DNA of 64,000 bases, taken from assembly GCF_006345805.1 (NCBI RefSeq), contig NC_043004.1, positions 21,452,001-21,516,000 of the forward strand. Reading direction: 5' to 3'. Within the stretch, counting starts at the first letter, position 1. The number at the start of each line of letters is the position of its first letter. Source of the stretch: Octopus sinensis. Its lineage: Eukaryota. Under the pieces are notes generated by a model, which did no database searches, was not told the DNA's origin, and saw only the letters and a program-made list of their open reading frames with translations. Positions 37,770 through 51,146 of the stretch are shown here, piece by piece. The position numbers and the translations under genes are program-made.

Positions 37770-40420
37770 ATTCTTTAAGATGGCCAACATTATGAACAAG
37801 TACTAGAGGGATGTTGTCTGGAACAGATGATTTCCTTGTTTGGATATTTTGATGGTATCACTGACTTCATGAGGTTTCGACATCCATGATTAAGGAGGAT
37901 ATTGAGGCACAGTTCTAAGAAAATCTGCTGCTGCACTGAAGTCCTATTTAGAAGACCTAAGTGGCTCAGAATGTCAGTAATAATGTTGACAAAGGCATTC
38001 TTCAAAATATCCATTGAAGTTTGGGATACGGGCTGTGTAACTCATTGGTACAGATGTAGAAATTTCTAAGATCCACAGTATCTGCACATTGCTGGACTTC
38101 AGTAATGTTTTCTGACCACCAGTTGTTTTTAATCTCCTTAATATGAGTTTTACACGCCAATGTGAGACCTTGGAAACATTTTTTCTTTATGTTCAAGGTA
38201 AATTATTGTTCAAAGAAGAGGCAAGTATCTCTTTTGAGATTTATTTGATGCTTTCATCTAACCAATCCTTTATGTGAAGCCAATGGAGTCCTCAGCTGCT
38301 TTGTAAATAAGATTTCAGATAAGCTGCAGGCATGTCTGTGTGGTAAGAAGCTTGTTTCCCAACCAGATGGCTCTGGGTTCAGTCCCACTGTGTGGCATTT
38401 TGGGCAAGTGTCTTCTACTATAGCCTTGGGTCCACCAAAGCCTTGTGAGTGGATTTGGTAGACAGAAACTGAAAGAAGCCTGTTTCATCATCATCATCAT
38501 CATCATCGTTTAACGTCCGCTTGTCCCCACTCCCATCACTTGACAACCCATGTTGATGTATTTACCTCCCTGTAACTTACCAGTTCAGCAAAGGAGGCCA
38601 ATAAAATAAGTACCAGGCTTGCAAAAACAGGTCCTGGGGTCATTTCCTTTGACTAAAACACCCTTTAAGGCAGTACTCCAGCATGGCCCAGTCAAGTGAC
38701 TGAAATAATTAAAAGAATAGTTGTGCACTTCGTTGGTGGAGCTCTTTGTCTGCCAGCCTTTGATGTAATTCTTGGCTTGGTTTTGATGTATTGAACTTTC
38801 TCCTTGGCAGACTCTTGAAGAGGATACCTTAAGAAGACAGAAATTCTGAATCAGCTGATGAAGAGTTTGTAGTCCATCCAACAGTCATCTGTCTTTCTTG
38901 CTGCCTTGGTGATAATAATGTCTTTCTTATCACATTGCTCATTAATGATGTAGTCTAGTATATGTGAATGCTTAGTAATGGTGTGTGTGTGTCCAGTATG
39001 GGTAAATGTTATAGTTATAAATCGATTTTGGAGCTAGATTTGAGTGTTGTAATGAAGAGTTCATGCTCTGTGCTGAGTCTGAGAATTTATTGTCTGTTTT
39101 CATTGCAAATTCTGATGGCATGCTTTCTCATAACATCTTTTCTGCAGTAAGCAATTCTTTACTACTCTGGTATTGAAATCACCAAGCAAGATGAGCTTGT
39201 CTTCAGGCAGCACTTTAGAAAGGGAAGTGTTTAGTTACTGGTTAAAACTGATCAATATCTTCATGAGTGTTGAGAGTATGTGAAAGTGATGAAGCTATCT
39301 CCAGAGATGAGACACAAAGAGTTATAAATCTTTCATTGATGGCTGCTGGAGTGAGTTGATAGTCCCTCACCAGCCTTCTCCTTTCATTAAGACTATTTCC
39401 AAGTAAATTACATTCTCTTTCCTTTGCATTCCAAAAGATGGTGCAACCTGAACCGAATTCTTCAATTATTCTTTCTTTTGGGAGTCTCATTACATATTCA
39501 AAGCAGCAACATCAACGTTCAGTCCTGCCAGCTCTTGAGCCAAGAGAGCTGTTCTTTTTTCAGATTGGCTGTCATTTTCTTTTAAGTTGAGCAAGATTTT
39601 GACATTCTATGTTCTGATAGACATAACAGTAGGGTGACTAAGATATTTCTTTTTATTTTGATCACATACAAGGTAACCACAAGGATGCTTTTTCCCAGTC
39701 AGATTTCAACTGGATTCCTATGCTTAGCCCACATTTTGCAGAACCTTTTCTATCTGAAGTGGGCAGTGGTATTCCTAATAAAGTAATACGAAATGTGGAT
39801 ATTTGAGTGGCTATGGGGTCGAGAAAGGCAATTATCACACTTCAGCCAAAAACATGCTGGTCCAGATTAGGAGCCCCTTGTTTCACCAAAACTGCCCCTG
39901 TCGTCCTTGTCCTATCACTGTTGGATTTTATAAAAAGAGGATGAAAAACAAGAAAAGAAAATCAGTGGAGAAATACTGGCGGAGTGGTTTCGATTCAGGT
40001 GAAAAGCAACATACCAGGAAGTCACCTATGCAATATTGTCTCAAAGACATCCCCTGCAGCACATGTGAAATGTGATATGTAGGATCAAGCAATGAAACTA
40101 CTAAGGAATGTTATGAGCCCAGGTGTAGCTTCTTAGCCAGTTTGATTTTGTCTTCTGCCAGTTCAGCCATTGAGATCATGGGCTTTATCCATGCCTTTTG
40201 CTTTTGGAAACACCATTTTCCTGTTATTTCTTTGAGGTATTCCCCTTTTGATCCATCTAGATGCATAATAACAGGCTCTCCTTGTAAAGGTTTTAGCTGG
40301 GGTTGGGAATGGTCTTGCTAGCTAATTAGGAGTTGGGGTCTTTCCTCGAATATAACTGAATGTCTAAGGATGTGAGAACCAGTATCTAAAAAGCGGTTAT
40401 ATATAGCATGTCAGTCAGTG
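37770..40420 (-). mobile_element. BovB-like RTE LINE 5' portion (putative 5' UTR, APE endonuclease, linker), decayed
   Basis: The minus strand gives RTALLAQELAGLNVDVAAL, PAAINERFITL, DKLILLGDFNTRV and NNWWSENITEVQQCADTVDLRNFY. The 5' UTR boundary is approximate. Confidence 0.75.
38325..38718 (+). mobile_element. Main-family SINE inside the RTE, with a 35-bp antisense RTE-tail fragment in its linker
   Basis: Head 38325-38485, then (cat)n-cgtttaacgtccgc 38486-38520, then tail. Confidence 0.88.
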
Positions 40421-40699
40421 AAAGGTAATAACTCTACACAGCTTTTGAGCCATATACACGTAGACACATGCACACACACATATATATAGTTAGATGAAGA
40501 AAAGAAAATGGAGAGTTGAAAGTTAATAACTATTTATCATTAACAAATTGGTAATCTTTACTTCTCACAGCTGTTTCCATTAATACTCAATAATTAAATT
40601 ACAAATTTGTGCATTAAATTTGCATTAATATGCTATGAGCATAATTTCATCTGAAAAAAAAAAAGAAATATCTTAAGATGTTACATGCTGACTTATCAG

Positions 40700-40740
<41 letters not shown>

Positions 40741-40742
<2 letters not shown>

Positions 40743-40936
40743 TGGCAGTTGCCATGATAGATTATTAGCCACTACACACATTTTTTTCTCTCCTTGTTTT
40801 TTCTGTGTCCCTTTCTGTACAAGAGTGTAGGCTTGAAACGTAAAAGACTTTTTCTATTCCTGAGCGTTATACTAATACATCTGTTTGTTTTGTACACCAC
40901 CTGTTTTCGTCTTTTGTTTATTTCGTAAACTCTCCT
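40741..40936 (+). mobile_element. Penelope-like terminal repeat remnant with decayed hammerhead core
   Basis: ctttctgtacaagagtgtaggcttgaaacgtaaaag (about 40811-40846) retains gag(t)-gtag-gct(t) stem II, GAAAC-GUA and an aaag/cttt stem I, but CUGAUGA is mutated. Confidence 0.45.
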
Positions 40937-40958
40937 ATATATATATATACATATATAT

Positions 40959-41364
40959 CAGGGATGTGCCACTTTGGTAGGCAAGGTAGGCAGTGCCTAC
41001 CTTGAATAAAATAGATTGGTAGCAACATTTTCCTCTCATGGCAAAATAAGCACCTAATTCAATAAAATTATGAAGGTTAGTCTGATTACTATGCATAAAA
41101 TGCAAAATGTTTTATTTTTTATAGATTAGGTAGGAATAATTTGCCCCTGCTTTTCAATCTTAGTATTTAAGTTATGCATAGTAATGCTGTAGTAGATATA
41201 CTGCGTACATTTCTACAACACCGTTTTTTTTACATGCTATAAAGGCAGAAATAGATCTGCCTTCAACTTAGTCGCATGCTTGTGTCTCGCTTATTTTTCA
41301 TGTGTTTTATTACATAAAAGTCGCCAACTGCTTAGTCTTGGTAATTACTGATGGCTCATGCCTG
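40959..41364. mobile_element. Non-autonomous hAT-like element
   Basis: TIRs cagggatgtgcca and tggctcatgcctg match at 11/13, with a subterminal taggcaaggtaggcagtgcctacc motif. Inserted in a TA/TG microsatellite. Confidence 0.6.
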
Positions 41365-41692
41365 ATATGTGTGTGTGTGTGTGTGTAGAGGGAGAGACAG
41401 AGACAGACAAATAGACAAACTGACAGATACATACATGGCATTTATTTTTATGACCATTTTCACATGCTTGCGTAGGTTGTTACTTGAGACATAGTTTTAC
41501 GGCTGGACAGCATTCCTGATATTAAAACCTGCCTGTTCTTCAAATAAGGGATCACTTATTCCACATGAATTATCTGGATGATTAGTGATTGGAGAAATTG
41601 ACAACAACATTGTATGCTATCCTTCCATATAAATGATTGCAGAAGTAAACAAACACACAGACATAAACTCATGTACAGACAAATACATACAC

Positions 41693-41724
<32 letters not shown>

Positions 41725-41726
41725 GT

Positions 41727-41764
<38 letters not shown>

Positions 41765-41914
41765 ACAAACACATTCATACACACAATGCAAAATAGGTTT
41801 AGGCATCAAATTTCAATCTAAACATCGAGTTTGAAATATCTGGTAACATGCATAGCATAAAGCCAAATAACTATATATATATATATGTATATGTGTGTGT
41901 GTATGTGTGTGTAT

Positions 41915-42058
41915 AGTAAGAAGCTTGCTTCCCAAGCATATGGTTCTGGGTTCAGTCCCACTGCATGGCACCATGGGCAAGTGTCTTCTACTATAGTGTC
42001 AGGTCGACAAAAGTTTTGCTAGTAGATATGATAGAAGGAAACTAAAAGAAGCCTGTCA
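41915..42058 (+). mobile_element. Main-family SINE, 5' half
   Basis: gtaagaagcttgcttccc...ggttcagtcccactgcatggcaccatgggcaagtgtcttctactatag. Confidence 0.85.
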
Positions 42059-42539
42059 TATTTTTTTCATACTATCTCTTAATCCTTGCTTCTGCTTTTC
42101 TCTGTGTTTTCATGTTGGCAAAATATCTTTTGTACTATCTCTTAAATAATCCTTGCCCATCCCTGACCCCACCACTAATACCAGATATCTCGTTTCTCTC
42201 ATTGGAAACCCCCTCCCTCACTGGTGGTCTCCTCTATCATACTTGCAGTCTCACCTCCCTCCTCTCTCTTTCCCAGGACTAACACAGTCAGTTTAGTAGC
42301 CCACCTACTTAATCTAGCATTGGCATATTCATAATCATATTTACTCTTATTTATTTCTATTTATATCTGCAGCACCAATAATGCTTATATTTACAATGCT
42401 CATAATGCTTATACTTACAATGTTGCTAACACATACTCTTACCCCACTAGGGGCAACAATCTTAACATGCTTGAAGGATTTGAATAATGACAGGTCAAAA
42501 GTGAGAACAGGTTTAGCATGTCTATCAATCAATCAAGGA

Positions 42540-43899
42540 AACCTTCTTTTCAGGTGCTGAACAACATCTCCCTTTCCTAGGTTTCCTCCCACATTCCTTT
42601 CCCAGTTTTTAGAGTTGGCACTGTCAATGTAGGCACATTGAAATGTAGGTCTAGTGAGATTGTAGAGATGCTTGAACGGAGACGTGTTGATGTATGCTGC
42701 ATACATAAGGTAAGGTGGAGTGGAGCTTCAGCCAGGATCCTCACAGGCAAGGCACATAGGTATAAAATCTTCTGGGAAGGTAACAATGACAGAGTAGGGG
42801 GTGTAGGCATACTCATTGCAGAGAAATGGGTGGATAAGGTCATAGAGGTAGTGAGGGTGTACTATAGAGTGCTTAAGTTTAGGCTAGTCATGCAGAATAA
42901 TATAGCTACAATTATCTCTGCCTACGCTCTCCAAGTGGACCTACCAAATTATCAGAAGGACCACTTTTATGATATCCTTCTACAGGCTACCTCAAAGATG
43001 AGTGACAATGACCTCATCTTTGTAGCTGGAGATTTTAAGGGCATGCTGGACAGCAATCTGTTATTTTCCATGGTGATCCTGAGGGCCAAGGAACTGATTC
43101 CCAAAATGATGAGGGAACTAGGCTATTGGAGTTCTGTAATGAAGCAACCTATTAATCTACAGCACCAACTTCAGGAAGCCAGCCAACCAAACCTATCAAA
43201 CAGGTGACTCTGCTTGCGAGATTGATTTCATCCTCACCAGCCAGTATAGACTAGTCATCAGTGACTATAGACTCAAGTCAGAAGGATACTAAAAGGCATA
43301 CCAATCCAGAAAAGAAGGATTTTGAAGCTTAAGAACCTTTCACGTGGTCAGAGATTTAGGGACATCGTCATTGAGAAATTTCATGAGAGGGAGGAGGAGC
43401 TACAGACTTGCAACAGACTTGTAACTGGAAATTCCTGCATGACAGCTTACTGAGCACCACAGACCATATCTGTGGCTGGTGCTAAGTCCCTTCCAGACCT
43501 AGGATCATGTAGTGGTGGAGGAATGAGGGTAGCAGGGAACTGTACCAGATAGTCAGAAGGGAGACTAGGAAACAAGTTTATATCACTAAGAGAGAAGCAG
43601 AAAAGAAGTTTGCCAATGTTCAGTGACGTTAGGATCCAAGAACTGAAGTATTTTGGGTTGCAAGACAGTGTCTGAGAGAGAATTGTAATGTCAGAGGAGA
43701 AAAATGTGTCCACATGAATTATGGTGCACTTGCGTTTAATGAAAGAAAGAGGCCTGGAGATGCCATGCTGAATGTAAAGAATGAGTGGGAAGAGGAAAAC
43801 CTGCCAAATGCTGACCAAGTTGTGGGACCAGCTACCCAAATTGATAGTACCCTGATTGATAAAGCGATTAAGGATATGAAGTCAGGGAAAACCTCTTAA
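42540..43899 (+). mobile_element. RTE LINE 5' part: APE endonuclease domain and linker, decayed
   Basis: FRVGTVNVGTLKCRSSEIVEMLERRRVDVCCIHKVRW, GGVGILI, TIISAYA and LIFVAGDF (ORF 42638-43207), ending at IDKAIKDMKSGK just before the RT domain. Confidence 0.9.
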
Positions 43900-44012
43900 A
43901 TCTTCTTCACACCTGATTAGAGGTCTTCAGAGTGCTCTCTTCTGTTCACGAGGGTGCCACTCAACAACTGCATGGATCCACCGAACATCTATGAACCTTG
44001 CGACATGAATGG
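43900..44012 (-). mobile_element. C-terminal fragment of another RTE lineage (RTE-1-like)
   Basis: The minus strand reads HVARFIDVRWIHAVVEWHPREQKRAL.RPL, resembling the RTE-1 motif WAGHVAR..DNRWT..V.EW.PR..KR..GRP. Confidence 0.6.
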
Positions 44013-44015
44013 CAC

Positions 44016-44225
44016 ATCTTTTATCTTTTACTTGTTTCAGTCATTGGAGTGCAGCCATGCTGAGACATCACCTTTAAAGTTTAGTTGAACAAATCAACCC
44101 CAGTACTTATTTTTCGAAGCTTGGTACTCTTTCTACTGGATCCTTTCTGCCAAACTGATAATTTACAGAGACATAAAGAAACAAATTCCAAGTGGTGGTG
44201 GCAGAGATACATGAGCATAAACACA
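44016..44225 (-). mobile_element. Older main-family SINE, 3' half
   Basis: tcttttacttgtttcagtcattggagtgcagccatgctg...aaatcaaccccagtacttatt. Confidence 0.8.
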
Positions 44226-45099
44226 CATAAACAATGTGCACACATTAAATTAGTTTAATGCAATGCATGTTACCAGATATTTGAGACTCAATGTTTAGAT
44301 TGATATTTCATTTATACTCGTATTGCATTGTAATTTCATTATCCATGCTAATTTTCTGAAACTTAAGCCTCGTAATATTTGAATATTGAATGAAACTATT
44401 CATTGGTATTTCAAATACATTTAGTGATATGCACGTTTCAAGTGATTACATAATGAACGGTTATGTCATCCACTTTCCTTTGTCATTTTTAAGCAAAATA
44501 CATCTATAGTTTCAAATTTCGCTGTATACATATTTGTATACATTAGTAAAACCACAAGTGAAATGGAGAAAAAGATTACAAAAATGGAAAAGAGAAGAGA
44601 GAAAGGAAAATGAAAGAAAAAAATGACAGATTAAATAAAAAGAAAAAGAAAACTCAAAAGGAGAAAGCAGAAAATATATTTGCACATGTAACCAAGGAAG
44701 TGAAGGGGTAGATAACACTGTTATGAACGCTAAAAAATTTAGATAATAAACTTCAGAAGGGCCGTGACATAAGTAGGTAATAATAAATTATAGTGTCAAA
44801 CACAAGACAGTAAATTCTAAAGTTGTTTAAATGGCATCAACCATTTGCAGATAATGATCTTAAAAAATTTATACTGTATTGTCTAGAGGGTGACACCTTC
44901 AAATACCAGAATGTACTTATTAGGCCTTAACAATAGTGGTCAGCTGTAGGCTGGTAAATTGATATGCAGATAAATAATTGTGCTGGTCAAATACACTGTA
45001 ACATATTAATTGGAAATGTGGTGGTGGAGGGAGAGGTATCTGAATTAATTACAAAAGTAACAGACAAAGCCAACACCAATATGATGACAACAGTAATTG

Positions 45100-45760
45100 T
45101 ATTATTAAAAAATACTAACTATAACCTAATAATAATGATGATAATAATAATAGTAATAATAATAATATAATAATAATAGTAATAATAATGATAATAAAAA
45201 TACTATCATTTATTGGCCACAAGGCCCAAACACAAAACAAACAGGGACAATACAAAATAAGGGACAAGTGGGGTGTTGAACAATGCCCTGTATACAATAA
45301 ATAACAAAAACAATTAAACAATAAAATTGACCAAAAGTGGGGAGTTCTTCACAGGGTCAACCAAAAAACCCCCCACATTCTGGTTATACCCAACCATGAG
45401 ATGCACCTCAGCAGGCACCCTTCTCCTTCCCAAACTCCACCTTCACCTACCTTTCAACAAATTTACTGTGGGGGGCGAAATTTCCCTCTCTCTAATAATA
45501 ATGATGATGATGATGATGATAATAATAATAATAAAAACAGTAACTATTAAAGATACTGATAAAACAATGTTAATAGTAATGAAAAATTATTGTAAAATAA
45601 AAATAATTATAGTAATACAAACATATATATTACTGTTATTATTATAAATAATAACAAGGATAATGATGCTTACAATGATAACAGTACTAACAACAACAAC
45701 AATAATGATAATAATAATAATAATAATAAAACTGTAACGATAGTAATATTACTACTAAAG
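45100..45760. repeat. (AAT)n/(GAT)n-rich low-complexity region with a short unique core
   Basis: Seen directly in the sequence; it is the source of the poly-I ORFs. Confidence 0.85.
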
Positions 45761-46029
45761 GATAATGTGACCAGTATTATACTAAATATATGCTAAAAAA
45801 ATTGACTAAATTGATGCCTAACTTCTGATTGATTGGTCAATTTATGAATCAGAATAAATGTTGTCATCCCTAAGTATAATGATTTGTGTTAGATAATTTG
45901 TGAATAGTTTATAATTGAGTAAATGAAGTAGAAACAGAATCTAACCATTAATTAAGTAAACAAATGTATATGTATATGTAGTGATGGAGGGAGAGGTATA
46001 TTAAATAATTACAAAAGTAACAAGCAAAA

Positions 46030-46480
46030 CATCCTTTACCATCCATTTTCCATGCTGATATGGGTTGGATGGTTTGACCAGAGGTGGCAAGCCAGAGAAT
46101 GCACCAGACTCCAGTCTACTTTGGCTTGGTTTCTATGGTTGGATGCCCTTCCTAATGCCAACCACTTTGCAATGTTTACTGGGTGCTTTTAACATGGCAC
46201 CAGCATAACACAACGAGAATGCTATTACATGGCACTAGCATGAACGCTTTTTGCGTGACACTGGCAAAGATCTCTAGTAGATCAATCCTCTTCACTAAGG
46301 GATGCAGCCTTAACACTTCTGCTGTGGAATACAGGTACATACATATATATATCATTATCATCATCATCATCATCATCATCATCATTATCATCATCATTGT
46401 CGTCGTCATCATTTAACATCCGCTTTCCATGCTGGCATGGGTTGGACGGTTTGACTGAGGGCTGGTGAGCCAAAAGGTTG
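46030..46480 (-). mobile_element. Two antisense RTE 3' tail fragments with (ATC)n
   Basis: ttttccatgctgatatgggttggatgg...ggatgcccttcctaatgccaaccact (46030-46200), and (atc)n-atttaacatccgctttccatgctggcatgggttggacgg (46355-46470). Confidence 0.82.
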
Positions 46481-47785
46481 CAATACATACATACAAAAAA
46501 TAGATGAATAGTATGTCTTCATAAGTACATCATAAAAAATGGATAATCATTAGCAAAGGGAAAACAAAGAATTCAAATAAAGTATTACATATAATTATAA
46601 ATATAATAAAGTGCTTAAAATATAACACAACAATAAATTATTCACATATCCCTTTATTTCACAACTGTAAGAATTCAGATTAATGAAACAGTGCTTCAAA
46701 TGTATAATTCTGAGAAGAATTGTAGAAAAATAATTGCATACAATTGGAAAGTGCTAATGTGAGACTAGACTTAGAAAGTTTCACGCATAATTTATTTATC
46801 TTTTTTCACTGATAGCGCAAGTAATGCTTAACTTCTATAAAACGTAAATAGCATTCAAGACGCAGTATTCAGCAGTTTTTCAAAATAATATATTATATAT
46901 TAGCTGTGTCTATGAGCAGAAGATCAATGATATCATTCGAATGGAATATACAGAACTTCTGTGCTAGAAAGTGTTGTGAAAGGACTCAGGAGTTGCCTGA
47001 AGGTGTTAAGTAAAGAAAGAGAGTGACAGTAGGAGTGTATAAGGTTAGGAATTTCGTGTGGTAATAATTTAGGATAGTTTGATCTTGGTTTCATTCTATT
47101 GTAGTTGTTAAGAATAGAAACAAAATAAAACACGAGTAAAGTGTTGTAGGATGGGAAGAGAGGAAGGAAACTAGGAGGATGCTGGGGAAGGGATATCTAG
47201 AATAGTTAATGGTAATGCTAACCATTTTCCCCAACAGTAATGCTGGAAAGTTAGTATTAACTTCTCTACTTCCTTGAATACTTTGTACAAGTATATTCTT
47301 TCTTTTATCTCCTTTCTATTTATCTTTTTTCTCTTTCTTCCCATTTTTTCTGAATTTCCTCTCTTTTTCGTTTTTTGAACTTCCTCTGTTTTTTTTCTTT
47401 TCCTTTTTGCACCATGGCCTTCCTGTGCTTTTACTGAAGCATTCAGCTATATATAGAGGAAAATTTGAAATTACAAATATATTTTGCTTGAAATGTCTGA
47501 GGAAAGTGGATAACTATGTAACCATTCAGTGCATAACCAATGTAATCACTTGAAAAGTGAACGTCATTAAATGCATTCAAAATACCAATAATTGGTTTCA
47601 CTCCTTATTCAAATATATTTGTACCTCTCTCTCTCTGTTTCTGTCTGACTCTGTCTGTCTGTCAGTCTGTCAGTCTCTCTTGCCATATATATATATATAT
47701 TGGCCAGTTCCTGTCAAACCATCCAACCCATACCAGCATGGATGGAGGATGTTAAACGATGATGATGATGATGCCAATGATGATG

Positions 47786-47824
<39 letters not shown>

Positions 47825-47825
47825 T

Positions 47826-48382
47826 AATGTACATTTGAACACAAGAGAAACTACCTTTAACAGGTAATTTTACATGCTAGAAGAAGCAGTCAAAATGACT
47901 GAAACCACACTTAAGAGCAATTTCGAAGGGAATGAAAAATAAAAACTTTTACCTTGTTATTTTTTACGGTTATACATAAGTTTCCAATTTCTTTGGCAAA
48001 TAAAATAATTTGCCAGGCGAAATTCTTATCAGTAACCGTGCCATAACATTAACATCTAATTTAGGGACAAATAATACATGTCTCATCATTATATGTTATA
48101 ATTTTTGAAATTCACCATGCAAGCGCAGTTTCAGTCGGCAGTAAATGAAAAATGCTGAACTGATTGTCGAAAAGCTAAAATCATATACGTAATATATATA
48201 GGGTAGCTAATATTTATAGAAATTTCAATACCAGCGACCTGTCAATAGATAGCATATTCTCAACATAAAATATGGTACATTTCAATACAAGAGAAACTAC
48301 ATATTGAGAATATATTGTCTATTAACTTTTTATACATGCTAGGCCACTGGTAGTGAAATTTCTAAAAATATTCGCTACCCTA
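47826..48382. mobile_element. MITE-family copies related to 7545-7980, including a two-ended palindromic derivative at 48199-48382
   Basis: Shared gaagggaatgaaaaataaaaa, gcaaataaaataatttgc.aggcgaa and gcaagcgcagttt. Inverted ends tagggtagctaatattt and aaatattcgctacccta. Confidence 0.7.
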
Positions 48383-48389
48383 TATATTT

Positions 48390-48449
<60 letters not shown>

Positions 48450-48724
48450 TATGGGCAGTGCTGGTGTGGCTGTGTGTTTGAGAAGATTGCATCTCAACCA
48501 CATATGATCGTTTGCATCCCAGAACTTCAAGAGCCTCATTCCCTCCTCATTTTGAGAATCAGATCCATAGCCTTAGTCACACTGCAGAACCCACCAGGAT
48601 GCAGCTGCCCAACATATCCACTGAAGGGACCAGCTATGAAATTAACGCCACTGTAATTTATCATGAAGAGTCTGTAAAAAAAAGAATTGTTATAAAAACG
48701 TTTATTTTTTTGGCTGGCAATCCA

Positions 48725-49900
48725 GTTGGGGAGCATCATCATCATCATAAAGATCCCGTAACTGATGCAGCTAGTCATTGGGATGCCACTCTAGATGCTT
48801 CCATAGTCAACTGTCACCACTGGACTCCATTCTTTGTTGTGCACAGCAGGGTCAATGTGTTGTGACTGTCCAGTCCTTGATGTTGTCAAACTAGGATTTT
48901 CTTTGTCTGCCCCTTGTTCACCCTTCCTCAACTGTGCCCTGAAGAATGATTTTGGGCAGGGAGTTATGCCTGGATACATGAATGTACCAAGACAAATTTC
49001 TTTTTGTTTTTTCATATGCAGGGTGTAGTTTCTGTTTGCCAGAGTATTTGTTGATTTGCTGCCTGGCAAAGCTGTTCATTTCATGCTCAGTGTACAGGAT
49101 GTGTAATAACCTTCTGAAGCACTGGTGCTCAAATGCCTGGATTCTTCACTCGATGTCAGCTATAAGAGTCCAGCTCTTACACCCATGCAAAAGGATCAAA
49201 GTCACCAGAATCTCGTACACTCTGAATCTTGATTGAAAACTAATGGAATTGTTGTTCAGCTTCATCATGGCAGCAAAAGTCTTGTTATCTCCTTTGGGCT
49301 CTGCCATCCTTGGTCAAAGTGGATCTTAGATATTCAAATGTGTTCACTTTATCAAGTCTCTTTCAATCCAGCATGATGTAGACTGCTGTGTTTTGTTACT
49401 ATTAACCAGGATCTTGTTCTTTTCAGGGAAGATCTCCATCTCATATGTTCCTGATATTTTTCCAGTCTGGTGGTGAGCTCCTGTAGTTCTACTTCACTGC
49501 TTCCTAACAGGTTAATATCTGCAAAGTGTAAGTTGGAAATGGGCCATCCTCCTATGGAAATAGAAGGGTGAAAGTCTTCAGTGTCTTCTGCTTGGCGTTC
49601 TCCAAGAGGATCTTGAAAAACACTAGTGAGATGAGACATCCTTGTTGAACACTCATTGTTGTCCAAAGCGAATCTCCAGTATTGTCCAGGTGAACGAAAC
49701 TGATTGAGTTTTCATACAATAATTGGAGTACTTTGATGATATTGTTGTCAAAGTTGTAATTCTTCATCATCAGCCACAATCCCTCATGCCAATCACTGTT
49801 AAAGGCCATCTAAAATTGATGATGTTGTAATAGAGGTCAGACAGGTGTTGGAGATGTTTCTCACTGAGAAGCATACGGAGCGATAAAGGCTGCTGATGTA
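48725..49900 (-). mobile_element. RTE LINE RT domain and 3' end with (GAT)n tail, decayed
   Basis: MAFNSDWHEGLWLMMKNYNF..NIIKVLQLLYE, SVQQGCLISL.FF.I.LE, SIGG.PISNLHFAD, and C-terminal ILQGTVEEGRTRGRQRKS. Confidence 0.85.
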
Positions 49901-49924
49901 TTTTTCTAGACTAGTCTAAGCTAG

Positions 49925-50165
49925 TCTTGTTCACTTTACCTGTGTTTCTGCTAAATGTATTCTCACACATCTCACATTACCACTGTTGCTCACTTGGAAG
50001 AATTTATACCTTTACCTGTGAAATGTTTTGTCTGTGGCTAACCTACATCATACCTCTTGCATGTGGTGCACATCTATGTTTCTGTTCTAACACCTCAACT
50101 GTTTCATCAAACCTGCCTTTCATGGTTCATATATTGATTGTGGCTGTCCAGAGTTTGTGAACTGG
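49925..50165 (-). mobile_element. RTE APE endonuclease N-terminal fragment
   Basis: The minus strand reads LWTATINI.TMKGRFDETVEVLE, homologous to 42600-42800. Confidence 0.6.
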
Positions 50166-50261
50166 ATTGGAAGCTTTCAGAATCTGAGAAAAAAAGGCTT
50201 ATGATTGGCAGGCAAACTGCTCTTGCATATTAGCAGATACACAAATATTAATATTCATTTC

Positions 50262-50378
50262 AATTTTGGTACAAGATCAGCAATCACATCAATCCCAGTG
50301 TTCAACTGGTACTTATTTTATTGACCTCAAAAAGGTGAAACGCAAAGACAACCTTGATGGAATTTGAACTCAGAACAC
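50262..50378 (-). mobile_element. Deu/Nin-domain-like SINE fragment
   Basis: actggtacttattttattgacctc...ggaatttgaactcagaac. Confidence 0.75.
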
Positions 50379-50447
50379 GGGTTGGATGTTGACAAGTTTT
50401 AATTAAAAAAGTTGGAATCTGAAGTCTCTGACAAATTAATGACTATC

Positions 50448-50810
50448 TTAGAATTTGAAAATAATGCTTGAAATTTTTTTATTTAGAACAAATAAGCTCT
50501 CAGATATATTACAAGAATATTAATACATTATAAACTAAGGAAAGGAGTCTCTAAGTCTCAGAGAGGCTAATGAAAATTTTACTTAAAACTTGAAAACAAT
50601 ACTTGAGAATTTATAGTTACAACCATACAACACTTAAATATGTACTTATTATGAGAATATTAATACATTATAAAATAGAAAAAGGAGTCTTTAAGTCTCT
50701 AAGAGGTTAATGAATGTCTTACTTTGAACTTGAAAATAACTCTTCAGTATTTTTGCTGAGAACAAATACAATACTTAGATATGTTCATATGACGAGAATA
50801 TTAAATTCAA
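50448..50810. repeat. Tandem repeat of about 140 bp, about 2.6 units
   Basis: gaatattaa anchor at 50515, 50655 and 50796; aaaggagtct.taagtctc..agagg.taatgaa is present twice. Confidence 0.8.
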
Positions 50811-51146
50811 GAAGACAGCAAATCTAAACTATTGGGCACCAACTGGTTGTGAATGAGGAAATGGGTAGCAATGCAACAGGTTGTACTGGGTTACATATAA
50901 CAAGAACATATAGCACTAACGCTACTTATAATAATACATATAGTACTAACACACACATACATGCACACACACACACACACAAAAGTTTACAACAACATTG
51001 GAATTGCAATGCAATATAAAAACCAAATAAGATTGAGAAATATTAGCATACAACTCAACTGTAACCTACAGAATTCCTCACAAAATATTGTTAATTAAAG
51101 TCTAATTTTGGGAAAGAAAAAATTAATTTCCAAAATACCCTACAGC

